DNA of 63,367 nucleotides, filler included, from Collodictyon triciliatum (lineage: Eukaryota), in the NCBI GenBank assembly GCA_043381765.1. It is 7 parts of 7 records of this genome, joined end to end, with 100 filler letters (N's around TTAATTAATTAA, not from the genome) between each part and the next. Parts side by side here need not be neighbours in the genome. Positions count along the whole stretch, not along the records: positions 20,231 to 35,954 come from JBHJMP010002825.1; positions 36,055 to 46,059 come from JBHJMP010002826.1; 5 more parts are not named here. The stretch is one strand, 5' to 3'. The notes under the pieces were generated by a model, which saw only the letters and a list, made by a program, of their open reading frames with translations, was not told where the DNA came from and searched no databases. Positions 33,045 through 45,754 of this stretch are shown piece after piece. Made by a program: the position numbers and the translations under genes. Positions within the stretch are counted from its first letter, which is position 1. Every line of letters begins with the position of its first letter.

Positions 33045-34285
33045 TTCTAGATGACCTAGAAAAGGTAAACCACAAAAAATTGGAAGCGAGACACTTGCGA
33101 GACTTTGAGCAGATGTAGAAATGGTTCTTTGGACTAGGAAAGGAAAAAGAAAAGACCATGTATCCTTCCTGCACACCATCTGCGGACATGCAGCATTTAT
33201 TATCTCGTACCAATAAAAAGAACACCCACGACTTCTTCTCAAAGATGTGGTCAAGGCGAGACTATGATGCTGCTACTCTCGAGCTTATTACCACAAACTG
33301 CTCTAAGGTTTCATCCTCGCAAGCAGCCAGCATGATAGCACCAATAGATGCAGGCGAATTGTGTAAAGCGGTCAAGTCGCTGCACAACGGAAAGGCGCCA
33401 GGTTCAGATAGTCTGCCCAACGGAATATAATCTGCTTTCATTAATGAGGTCAAGGCATCCTTAGTGACTTTTCTGAATGGAATCATGTCTGGTGGCGACC
33501 TACCGCAAGGATTTACAGAGGCCACAGTGCGGCTGATACTAAAGAAAGGAAATTCGAGCAATCTCACAGATTGGCGGCCAATATCGCTGTTGAATAATGA
33601 CTAGAAGGTATTTACGACGCTACCCAGAAATCGCATATCACCCATCGCTGACAAACTCATATCCAAAGAGCAGATTGGCTTCATGAACGGAAGGAACATC
33701 GACACAAACATCTGGATTGTCAACAAAGAGTATATGGAATATCAAGTAAGTGGGACACCCCGCGCTATGATTTTCTACGACCTGGAGAAAGCATATGACT
33801 ATGTGAACCACGAAGCACTGGAAACCATCCTACGGAAAAGAGGCTTCTGTACCGGATTCACCAGCCTTATCAAGAAATTGCACGACAATGCAACAGCGAG
33901 GGTACTCACGGCACACGGACCTACGGATGCAATCCAAAGACAGAGCGGGGTGTATCAAGGCTGTGCACTTGCACCACTACTCTTCAACTTTGTCGCTGAC
34001 TGCCTTGCAAACCACTTCTGAAACGAAAACAAGGTACGCAACCAACTGCTACTTCAATATGCAGACGACTCGGCTTTCATCTTGCGGTCTCCCGAAGGCG
34101 CCACACTCGCCAACAAATGCATGCAAGAATACACACGAGCTGTCGGCGGGAAAATTAACTACGGCAAGACAGATAGAATTCTTTTTGGGTTTCAGGATGG
34201 ACTGATGTTTCCAGGAAACATTGTGTGGAAGCCACCGTCACATCCGCTCAAGTATCTTGGCATTATCTTCGACCTTCGGAAATAA
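33045..34285 (+). pseudogene. Non-LTR retrotransposon (L1/Tx1-type) reverse transcriptase, inactivated
   Basis: One frame carries KAPGSDSLP, WRPISLLNND*K, EQIGFMNGRNI, YDLEKAYDYVNH, GVYQGCALAPLLF, QYADD, KINYGKT and LKYLGI, with four internal stops (about 33116, 33428, 33602, 34019). Confidence 0.95.
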
Positions 34286-34439
34286 CCGAGAGACCCTAAG
34301 AACCCCATAAAAAAAGACATCTCTTCCGATGTGCTCCTTTTGGATTTTTTGTGTTTTCCCTCTCCTAGGATTATTTGTAAAATTTTTCATATTAATTGCT
34401 CAAAACATTAACTTACTTGACTATTCTTCGTTTCAATTA

Positions 34440-34865
34440 ACCCAAGATGGTGGATATGTTGGCTTTAGTTCGCTAGCCATCGCTTGCATGTATACTGCCC
34501 GGGGTCGGGTGTCGGAGTAGTATTCAGTAATCAGGAATTGCATCCTGCGGTATAGTCTGTAGCCTAGTTCTTTTGCTTACATGAAAGAGGCAAGGTAGGG
34601 TTGAATTTCTTTCTCAGCTTCTTTCCACACGTCTCTTCTCACAGGGTCTGAGTAATAGAACGTGGAGGTGGTGAAGGAAGCTGTGAAGGAAAGCGATTTG
34701 TATGATGTCATTCAGCCTATCATCAGGAATAGGCGGTTGATTGCTGAATCTTGCTTTCGTGAGTATATATGCGTGCTATCCGCATAGTCCATAGCAAATG
34801 GCCTCGCGTCACTGCCCAGAATATCCCTCGAAAAAGGTATTATACACACTTATGCTGATAGACGA
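34440..34865 (-). mobile_element. Inverted LINE ORF2 C-terminal fragment
   Basis: GIFWAVTRGHLLWTMRIAR is homologous to RILWTVARGHML in the 37-kb copy; the end matches 35149-35169 at 20/21 nt. Confidence 0.7.
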
Positions 34866-35128
34866 CCAAATGAAATTAATCAGGAAACTGTTGTATGAAA
34901 AAAAATGGCTGGGATGCATATCGCCGCCTTAACAAGCATATCCACCCAGAACACTTTATTTCCTGCACGCGAGCGAGGTGGTGGGAGATATTTGAGAGCT
35001 ACTATCTGTGAGTATCGCTCATAATTTGTTATTTCTATTCTAGAGGCGAGAAATTCTATCATTTCACCAGCCCAGCTTTATCCTCCTTACTTGGCGTGTT
35101 GTTTTTCACCTCCATTTCATTCATAATT

Positions 35129-35218
35129 AACTTTCTAATACATAGTCCAAAGCCAACATCTCCACCATCCTGCACAAAATTGAAAGGAAGAATAAAAAAA
35201 AACTTTCTAATACATAGT
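35129..35218 (+). mobile_element. 54-bp 5'-truncated retroposed insertion with A-tail and 18-bp TSD
   Basis: AACTTTCTAATACATAGT at 35129-35146 and 35201-35218 flanks 35147-35200, which ends AATAAAAAAA. Confidence 0.85.
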
Positions 35219-36189
35219 ATTTGCACTATTTTTCTATATCGCCTGCATAATTTCTATATTTTCAAACCACCCCCTCATCATAGAAAATCAGCACCAATAT
35301 ATTAATGTTTCAAATAGTTAACAACCTTGTCTATCAATCAGAACCAAGTTAAATAACTCTACTATTTCTTCAATTTATATATTTCTTCATAGCCCCTTCA
35401 ACTTAAATGATAAATCTGATGAGCTAGGCTTTGCCCTTGCAGGCTTGATAGTTTGAAAGTTTGAAAGTTTGAAAGTTTAAAATTCTGCTGTGGTCTTCAT
35501 AGAAATACACAGAAAACGCAGTGGAATCAAATCCACAGCTTGCGTGCGCGGTGGGGTGAATCCGTAGGGATGCGCGTTGCAGCTTTGATTGCCATTTAGA
35601 ATCACACATTCCCATATCAGCATCAAAATATATAAATTAGGCCAGAATGAAACTGGCCACCCAAAAAGCCTGGATATTGGAAATTGTCAAATGACTAGTT
35701 CTCTTTCTAAACTGAAGATAGGAGAAAATAGACTTTGCCTTTCGACTTCTGATGGCCATCACTTTTCATGTGCCATCATATTTTATTCAAGCTTAGTAAG
35801 TGCAATAAGCCCTCATTTGATTTAATGGCATACTTTTCAGCTGCATATGAGTCTTGAGTACGTTATCGTGATAGCCAAGATCATATTCTGCCTCTGCTGG
35901 CTGGCTGTCAACACTTGGATCTTCAAGACCCAGATCCGCCTCTGGAGGCTTCGGNNNNNNNNNNNNNNNNNNNNNNNNNNNNNNNNNNNNNNNNNNNNTT
36001 AATTAATTAANNNNNNNNNNNNNNNNNNNNNNNNNNNNNNNNNNNNNNNNNNNNGTTTGTTTGTTTGTTTGTTTGTTTGTTTGTTTGTTTGTTTGTTTGT
36101 TTGTTTGTTTGTTTGTTTGTTTGTTTTTTTGTTTGTTTTTTTGTTTGTTTTTTTTGTTTGTTTTTTTTGTTTGTTTGTTTTTATCTATG

Positions 36190-36635
36190 AAGCGCCTTGG
36201 TGAGAAGACATTCAAATACAATTCCCAATGAAGTGGTTTGGTCGAGGGGCTTTGCATACGACAGGATGAAGATGGCACGATCAGGGTACCGGCGCCGATC
36301 GCGAGTCAAGTGCCAACCGCAGATCACAACCGATCAGACGGACTTTGAAGGCTTTCGAATTTGCTCAATGATACCGTTTGTGGACGGAGCTACTTTTGCT
36401 GCTGGCTCTGGCGTGGTTGTTTTGTCGATGGAAATGAGAATCTCATGCTGCAACCGACTGCATGGCTGCTTGGCTTCAACCAGTAATCCAGGAATACATG
36501 CAACATATGTTGGCACGATGAAGGGTGGTGGTTAATGGCCATTTGTCCTTCGTCTCTTGCGCACAAAAATGATTGCACTTCAGAATAACTGCAAGACGCT
36601 CTGTGGATGATTCGCGTTGCTTTACCCTCATCAAC
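36190..36635 (-). mobile_element. Degenerate LINE endonuclease N-terminal fragment
   Basis: LAVILKCNHFCAQETKD resembles the APE motif 'DIICLQET'; multiple stops and frameshifts. Confidence 0.5.
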
Positions 36636-36779
36636 TCGTGATTGTTTGTTTGTTGATTCAGAAATGGATATTGTTTTTTTTTTTTTTTTTTTAGAGATGT
36701 CTTTTGATATCTCGACATAACCCTGTCTTTTTTTCACTACTTCTTTTTTATCGATTCAAAGTGTAGCGAGGTTATGCCA

Positions 36780-37975
36780 TACAAGAGACAAGATAGGCGC
36801 GCATGGTTGAGAGCAAACGCGAGTAGGGGAAGACACTACCATGGAGAGGGTAGCACTGGAAAGAAGTCAGTGATAGCGAGTTGGTCAGGTGGGCGACCCA
36901 ACTGGTTGATTGGTTGTGTGGGTAGCAGGGGTTGGATGTGCTGTGGGAGATATCGCACGACACATTCTCACATCTGTCTTCGCTTGCGGTCAGAGTGGCG
37001 AAGAATGAGCGCATGTTTCAGCAGGTTGTTCAGGAAGCTGTATTGCACGAGGCTTTCCAGCTCGATACATTGATTTCTCGTTCGGGTGAATCATTAGAGC
37101 GAGAGAATGCACGCACACTCCATAAAACACAGCATATGTCCCCTTGCGACTGTCCAGAGTATTCTAGAGTCGTGGGTCATTTAGTATTGTGGGACAAACA
37201 GGATGTCAGGCGCGCTGAGACGGTTGGGAGCATAATCAAGCTCAGAGAGCATCTTGTGGGTAGACTCTGTGACTTTTTGAGCAAGAGAGCACTTCACAAA
37301 TGTGTGTTCGATAGAGTCATCTCCACTATGGCACATGGTGCACTCTGGAGAGGCCGTTGCTGCATGGACTACACGCGCACCTATTCACAGTTATCTGTTG
37401 GAGATATTGAGCAGTAGGGCGTGGTGTTTCGGGATTAACTGAGGTATACGGGCTTGCTTCCAGCTTTTGACTATTGGCGGGTCTATAATGCCTATGGTTT
37501 TGGCCCAACAACTCATTTTCTCCGGTTTGTAGGGATTCGGACTGATGATTTTATATCGAAACAGCTTGGAGTACGCCATGGCCATCGAGAATTGCGGAGA
37601 ATCAGGCGTAATGGACCGCTTTGGTTCTTCAGACGAAAGAAAAATGGCGACGGTGCTCCGTATGAGATGGGACGTCGTGAGCGCTATTTTCCTTTGTTGT
37701 TCAGGACGGCTGTGGTTGGGGTTGCATTCGAGGAGTGAAATATCGTTGCATTTTTCGACGGTGTGAAGCTCCCATACTTTTGGAATGTGACTTGTTGCAG
37801 GATGAAGGAGCTGTTTCCTTCTCTCGACTTGACGATACAGAAGCCTTTTGCTCTATCTCAGTGAATGTGTCCTGTACCCGATGTAGTTGGGTAGAGTCGC
37901 ACATTTCACCGTTTTCATACAAAGCCTTCCACCGCGCTAGTAGCGGCTCGGGCGTGTTTTGCGGGGGTGATGGGA
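36780..37975 (-). mobile_element. Degenerate LINE ORF2 C-terminus with CCHC zinc knuckle (zf-RVT)
   Basis: WAKTIGIIDPPIVKSWKQARIPQLIPKHHALLLNISNR*L*IGARV..PECTMCHSGDDSIEHTFVKC (C-x2-C-x7-H-x4-C), then ILWTVARGHML. Confidence 0.85.
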
Positions 37976-38701
37976 TTTTATTATCACAGAGTTGTGTTTC
38001 ATCATGTGCGGTACTAGTTTGCCTGCACAGAAATAACTTTATACATCCTCATTCATTCGAAATTTTAGGACGAGCCTTAAGCTATTGGGATAGCACATCC
38101 GCACATATTTTCCAAAAAGGCTTCTTTTCTTATGACTTCAACCGTAGATATTTGAGCGATAGCAATCATAAAAAAATGGTTAATTACAAAATAAGAATAA
38201 TAAACGCGAGAGTGAGGATTTTATGTAACTGGAGCAGGGGACTTTGCGAGAGCTTTATTTCAATGGAATGCATCGAAGCATCGGAATATTTCCTTTGTAT
38301 TTCTCTCGGTGAATAGATTCCAAAACTATGCCTCGAAGAATTATTTTCGGATCCTACTTTGAGACGTCAGAGAAACCTCCAATTTTTGGATTTGGTATGA
38401 GTACTGTAAAAAGAAAGAGTCTAGGTCTGTTTCTATCGACTTTTATTTTCCATATCCCTTATTTTCCATTTGTTGATTTTATCTTGTATATTCAAGACGT
38501 ATAATTGCAGGCTGGTTGAAAAATAACTTGAAATTGATCGTATAGAATATGGCTGCTCCTCAAAGTGACCAGAAAAAATCCAATCCAATCGAGCTCCTAA
38601 TTAATAGAGACAGTATTTCATCCCTCCACTTCAATTAAAATGATGATTTGATTCTTTTTGACTTCCGCTTTTCACTTTTTTCAGTGAATTTCATATAAGT
38701 C

Positions 38702-40110
38702 TCAAATTCCAATTTGCGCACTATCCCTTGCGGGCCTGGGTGGAATGTTGGCAGGTAAAGAATCTGGTATGGAGAGATATTTAATATCATGAAAACTGGT
38801 GCGCAATGAAATCAGAGTGAAGACATTGATTGTTTTGCTTAAAGAAATCTTCTCGGACATAATAGCTATATTAATTCATTAATCAGCATAACCTGGTTTT
38901 GTGTAAGATCCAATATTTCCAGGTTTTGGAGCAGATTTATTGCCTCCGGTACATTTGATATCTAATATTGTATCAATATTCTATTATAGACTCAAGTTTG
39001 ATAGAATATGTATCTCTGGATATAACTATACAAATAGTCGCGTATAATTACCTCGTTATTTGAAATATTCAGATGAACGATGGACCGAAGTGAAAAGATC
39101 ACATCAGGAATATCAATAAGCTAGCATATATACCCCCAATTAATCAATTTCGTACAAGCTTATCGATTTTTTTGAAAAAAAAAGCAACAAAGAGTGCTCA
39201 CCTTGTTGTTTTCAAGGCACAGGTATGTTAGATTCTGCATGAGTCCAATCCCCTGTGGAAGAGTTGTGAGTTTCATTCCATATAAACTCAAAGACTCATA
39301 TCTAGTTTGCAACACGGTTGGTGTCCAATCTGGCTCATTAATTGAATCGATCTGCACATTTCAATAGAATGGGTGAGTGTGCAAACTAGGGAATATATTA
39401 GAATGAAGTACCGTTTCGTAGAATTTCAAGCCTTGGATGTGGCGATAGTCCCTATCATCTTTATTGCCCCAGCATGGAAGGCTTGATATTCTGCGCGGTG
39501 CTCTCTTAATGCTTATTCTTCCACTCCCCACGATTACAAACGTATGCAAGTTCGTTAAGGCTGTGATTTGTGGCGGTAGCTGTTCTATCTGAAAACAAGA
39601 TAATTTTGTATCTTTATTAAGGATTTCGCTTAAGAATGTATTTTAATTCCTTATACAAACCGGATTATTCCACACCCCAAGCCGCCTGAGATATGTCAAG
39701 CTCGATATTTCTGGTGGGAGGGAGGATATCAAGTTATTGTAAACTGCAAGCGAAGAAAGAACTGTCAAGCACGATATTTCAGCAGGCAGAGACGAAATGA
39801 GGTTGTTTTCAGCGGTGAGATCGTTGAGGCATGCCAAGCATGATATTTCTGCTGGAAGAGATGTCAGTCGATTGGCACCGATACTGAGGCTTCTGAGTCC
39901 TGTTAAGCATGATATTTCTGCAGGAAACGACGATAGCTGGTTGTTCCAAAGGGTGAGTTGTATTAATTGGGTCAGTAGGGAGAGTCCTGGTGGTACATTC
40001 AGTAAATCTTCATACGAGAGGTCGAGTTTTGTTAGGTAAAACAGGTCTTCAATATCTTTGGCTTTTGCGTATTTACAAAGCCTCTTGAGGCGCAGAGGAT
40101 CAGCAGACAT
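38702..40110 (-). CDS. Cytoplasmic leucine-rich-repeat protein (multi-exon)
   Basis: Repeats LxxLxLxxNxLSSLPAEISCL; two later 69-nt single-LRR exons; no signal peptide or TM seen. The 3' end is uncertain. Confidence 0.85.
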
Positions 40111-40996
40111 TGTGGCCGGAGTGGAAGGCGAACTGTGCTTAGTTTGGTTGGGTGTAAGATGTCGTTTTGTGTGTATTCTACAGACAAGAAGCAATGGAGA
40201 GTAGTCGATAAAAGAAAAAATAGCATTTTTTTAAAAATATATATATAAAGGGTCGATCAAGTTGATTTTGCACACAGCGTCTTATTGCCAGGGAATCGTA
40301 GTTATCGAACTCGGTGGCTGTCAAACAAGAACATTGCAGAAGTATTTTTATTTTATGCATTTGTTCGAAGCCATCTGCGCTATATGCGCCACTATTTATT
40401 ATTTTTTATTTTTTTGCGAGGATGAGCCACTAAGAGAGCCTATGCAGATTATAGTCGATGCGTTCAAAAAGCCTCGTCCAGCGCCTCGCAGCCAATATCT
40501 GTTGCGGTGGACGCATCCCAACCCATGTTTATACTTTATATTGGCGTTATTGCCCTTCTTGAATACTTCTGAGCTGTCAAACAAGAGACTCTGGAAATAT
40601 GGGGTGAAAAAAAGACCTCTCATTTTTACAAACGACTCTATTGTTTAATAAACACCCGTACAAGCGTATGATTTAAACGACAAGATATTACCAAAATCAT
40701 GTGTTTTGCTCTGTTCTAGAAAGGATGAAAAGGCGGCACCCTTTTGTTCTATTTTGTTTGTTTGTTTGTTTGTTTGTTTGTTTGTTTGTTTGTTTGTTTG
40801 TTTGTTTGTTTGTTATTTTTTTTTAAAAAAAAAAAAGGAAATGAAAATATAAGGAAAAAGAAAAGGAAGAAAAGGAACTGCCGCCAGATATTTGTCGAAA
40901 TATTCACGTGTATCGCATGGTTTATTGGCTCCACTATGTGTGGATAGTATCTCTTTTTTTCTCTTTTTGAGACCGTGTTATAGATTGACAAAAGAA

Positions 40997-43900
40997 CTAT
41001 TGTAGCAAACATGTTTTGTTGCTGGTGACTTTCTCCTCTTTTCTCGTACTTGTTCTCACTCGTAAGGAAGATATCCTCCTTTCGTTTTCGGTTGTCTTCG
41101 CATCAGCAACACCAAAGTGCTCTTGGTAAACATTTCTCAGGCGCACATATATGGACAAAGCTTGTTGAAAGTTTCCTAGCTTTTGTTGGACAGCCGCTAT
41201 TTTTTCGTAAGATCTTGCAGTTGCGATGTTATTTTCTCCGAATATTTTTAAATGGATTTCCAGAGATTTGTTGTAATATTCTAAAGAGTCGCTGTATCTA
41301 ATTGATAGAAAAGTCAGCGAGGAGGAAAGGATAGGACGGTACGCACTACTAATTCTTGTCACGTTTTTAAGAATTCGCTACTGATAAAATAATCAAGAAA
41401 ACCTTTCTAGATTACTATAGACATTTCCAATATTCATAAATGACGCAGCGACGTCTGTGTGAGTATATCCAAGTAGTTTCTCTTTTATTTCAATCGACAA
41501 TTGAAAGAACTTAATCGCCTCTTCATACCTTATAAACATGATTTTTTTTATTTCAAGAGCAAATATGATTTAGAGGCAATTTTATTATCTGGTCAGTCGT
41601 ATATGAAAAGAAATAATTACCGTTCAATTCTATTGTAGACGGTCCCAAGATTATTGTATGAATATGCAACATCAAGGTGCGTATCACCGAATAATTTCAT
41701 GGTAATTTCAAGTGATTTATTGTGATTTTTTATCGCTTCTTCATATCTAATTTATGTATAAGTAGGTTAGGGAGAGCGTGAAAGAGGAATCGCTCATGGA
41801 ATTATTACAACCGCTTGAGATTCTTGTAAACGGCCCCAATGTTATTGTATGATGCTGAAACGCTCGAATGTAAATCCCCAAAAAGAGATATTTTAATGCG
41901 CAGAGATTTCTGGTGGTATATCAGCGCTTCTTCATACCTTTGTTCATTTGATTAAAAAAGTAGCAATCAGAATGTTTTCTGTTTTTTTTTAAAAAAAATT
42001 ACAGGAAAGTAGTATCAATTCGAAATACCTTTTTAGTTTTTCAAGGGCGGCTGCCAAATTATTGAGGGATTTTGCAACAAGAATATGCGCATCCCCAAAT
42101 ATCTTTTCCCGAATCTCCAAGGATTTTTGGCAATAAGATAGCGCCTCTTCATAACTTATCAAATAAAGTGTGCTCCGATGAGTCTTTTTTTTCCTCTATA
42201 GAAACGCATTTATAAATGACCTGAATTCAATAAAGTCATACTTATGAAGTCTGATGTAGATTGCACCCAGGGTATTCATATCATGACTCCTGGTTTCTAA
42301 TGTACATCAAGAATACTTAAAGTATTGAACATGTCATCTATTACAGAGCGAATATTTGGTATGATTAAACAAAATAATATTCGTGTATAAAGCCAAGACA
42401 AAAAAATAGGAACAGAATGTAGGAAGCAGTAATCATACCTTCGTTTGTATCAGATGCAATCTTTTGTAATATAACAGGCATTAAGAACTGGGATTCATTT
42501 GTAATTTGAAAATAATTGACCAAAGCTGTTCCAATTTCATTGGATTGCTAAATTGATTGAAAATAATGGTTTGTCAGTATTCATTCTAATAAAATAACTC
42601 TTTTTATTTAAAATATATGAATAAATAATATTGTGTAGAAAGTAATATCGATATATGTATTACCTTCACCATTTCCCCGTACACAATCTTATGGTCGTAA
42701 CCATGTTTGTTTAATTCTCGCCAACATTCATAAAATTCGAATTGGTACTCCCCATTCAACAAAGAAAGTACGACCTTTTCAGTAAATTTAATGGAAAAAA
42801 TGAAGGAAAATATAAAGGAAAATATCATGTGGATGGAAAATACAACGGGCTTACATTCTCGTGAGAAAGGTAATCAAGTAGCATTCCAAGCTCTTTTGAA
42901 GTTCTTAATGCATAACATATTTCTGCCATCATATTGCTTGGGGAACTAGAAGCTGCATATTCTTGTAAAAGCCACGTTGCATACTCTTTCGTTTCTTTTT
43001 GAAAACTCGTTTCACTTTCGAATCTGCTCTTCTTCGCAGATTGAACCAATAGCTGGTGCGAGAATGTATACCTGTTAAAAAGACATTATTTACATTTCTC
43101 AAATGTGAGACTTTTCGAGAGTCACATACTTTCCGTTTCTCACTACGAGGTAATCCAAAAGGACGAATATGAATGACTTCCTATACATGTAAGGGTCAGA
43201 TTTTTTTACATGCTATTATTTTGGAGGAAAACTTTGAAAAGATGAAAAATTGACATATACCATGAATGCCACTCTGAGACTGGATGTTTTGATTGGCTTA
43301 TCCCCACACGGTACTGCATATATTTGTCAAGTTCATTTTCATCAAGACCCGTCCTTGAAATGCAGAGTACGTCAATTGAAAGACGAACAATCGTGGGTCC
43401 TGGTCCAGCGGTTAAATTATCGATCGAAACTATTTCACTTCAAACTGTTAGACATATTCATGATGAATTCAAAGTTCAAACCGTATTTATACTCCCAACG
43501 ACTGATGACGAGGTTGAATAAATCGATAACACCCTTCGTTTTCAGCATAATTTGAAGTTCGTGGTCAATCTGTTCGTAAATTCCAAACGTTCGGAGTTCA
43601 TCCAGAATGATTTTCAGATATAAGGGGTGGCCTAGATGTTATCATAAGGCACATATTTTGGATTTTGTATGTTTTTTTGTATGTTTTTTTGTATGTTTTT
43701 TTTGTATGTTTTTTTGTATGTTTTTTTTGTATGTTTTTTTGTATGTTTTTTTTGTATGTTTTTTGTATGTTTTTTGTATGTTTTTTTTGTATGTTTTTTT
43801 TGTATGTTTTTTTTGTATGTTTTTTTTGTATGTTTTTTTGTATGTTTTTTTTGTATGTTTTTTTGTATGTTTTTTGTATGTTTTTTTGTATGTTTTTTTG

Positions 43901-45754
43901 TATGTTTTTTTTGTATGTTTTTTTTGTATGTTTTTTTGTATGTTTTTTTTGTATGTTTTTTCAAAGCACTACCAGTATCCTCTCTGTCATTCAAAATCAT
44001 TTCCATTTGCTTCTCATTTAAGCTTTTATCATATCGATGAAAGAACGATGTTGTAGATATTCTTATTCCTTCATCGTTAAGTTTAAATACTGGTATTATA
44101 TCGATTCCCTTAAGCTTGGCAAACTACAGATAAGACACATAAGTAACAGCAAAAGAAAAACATAGATAAAATAGGAAACGAGCTCTTACATCGCACGACT
44201 TGTGAGTGCTGATTGTAGATGCTATGATACAAAAATTCATTGGTGATTTTGCTGGGAGCCACTCAAGGCCATGAACGAAAGGATATTCTTGTGAATCGAC
44301 AAGTTGATTCAAGCCGTCGAGGACTATGACGACCTGCTTGTTTCTTGCATAATAGATTGGATGTAAATCTGATGATTAAATGAATTAATTTTATTCACAT
44401 ATTTAAAATTTTACAATCTTTTAGAAAATTGTGGTGGGTTTATGGTTCGTATCTACTTAAAGTTGCATGATTTTGTTGTTTGAGCAGGTCATTCTACCCT
44501 TTTGATTCTGCCAATCTTAAAACTGTCCCAAGTCCATCTTTCAAGCAATCTTTTCCTAAAAGATAATATCATTATTTAACCATCTATAGTATTTGAAAAG
44601 TTGACTGCATATTCATACCTTCATCAGAGTCTTGCTTGAATGACATCATCCCAATTTGATACAAAGTCTTCATAACTCGGTCAAGGAGACTAATTTATTG
44701 AGCGCAATTTAATTGCTTCATATTTAAGAATGTTCTGTTTTATGAAAAAATTGCAGAAAGAACATACTTTTCAACAAAACTACTCAAGTTTGAACATCCG
44801 ACGAAATGGTAGATGACAACCAAATTTTTGTCCTTTTCGCGTTGGAGCTGTGAAATAAGTCCACTCAATATCGTTGATTTTCCCATACCAGGTTCCGCTG
44901 CAATCATTGTAATATTTGAGGAATCCGTAGTGAGTTGTTCTTTTGTTTTTTCAATAAGAAACTGTATAGTAGCTTCACGTCCTTCAAACCCCAGCATTCG
45001 GTTGCGCATGAATTGTTCATGGGCGATACTCTCATCATCGACACACTAATCGATGGAATTTAGGTTTGTTGTTTCATCATCGTCAATAACGAACTCTAAA
45101 TAAAATATTCATACGTAATTAGTCGGGAAATCCTCATTTATAGAATGAGTCAAATCTTCAACAATTCGCTCCACCAATTCTTTTGGTGTTCTATAGATTA
45201 GAATTTCGAATTTAATCCGAATTCGTCGTTTCAACTCGTTCTGATTTTGTCTCTATATCAAAAGAAAAATGTTACCCAAAACGAAATTGAAATATGTTAA
45301 ATCGCTGGGGTGATTGTTAAGAAAATATAATGAACAATTGAATACACTAACATCCTTTTCGCTCGCAGGACGGTATAGCTCCCGCTCTGCTTCACTATCT
45401 GCGATGTGTTTTATTGCAAAGTCTTCATCTCTTTCGTAGAAGAAAGCACGTCGAGCAGCAGGTTTGTCTTGTAATGTACCATGTATAATCTGTAGCATTT
45501 TTGGGATAATTTATAGGTTGGGTTAAAAAAAACACAGAAAAAGGGAAGGAGACGATTTTGAATCAGAGATTTATTTAAACCTCATAGTCTGTAACACTGA
45601 GACCTCTAATCTTTGTGAGATAGGGAAAGAGCAAATCCGTCTCTGGGTGCCATTCAGATGGGTTCTCAAAATTAGGGGACCATCCATATCGCGAGCCAAG
45701 TGTGCATAGAAAGTATGGGCATTCTTCAATCGCCCTCAAACAACTTATAACCAC
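40997..45754 (-). CDS. DUF4062-NACHT-TPR STAND NTPase (NPHP3/TEP1/NWD-like), 5' truncated
   Basis: CLRAIEECPYFLCTLGSRYGW..LSVTDYE (DUF4062), Walker A AEPGMGKST, IYHFVG, Walker B VVIVLDGLNQL, WLP, LKIILDELR, GLDENEL, 42-aa kinesin-light-chain-type TPRs. Ends ...KTCLLQ at stop 40997. Confidence 0.92.
43665..43962. repeat. (GTATGT + T-run)n minisatellite in NACHT-gene intron
   Basis: Direct reading. Confidence 0.95.

Noticed and set aside
36780-38316. Plus-strand ORFs as a KDZ/CxC transposase or host gene
   Set aside because: The minus strand carries a clear LINE zinc knuckle and is the frame conserved with the 63-kb copy.
43665-43962. Repeat array as CRISPR or telomere
   Set aside because: No unique spacers, intronic location, eukaryotic context.
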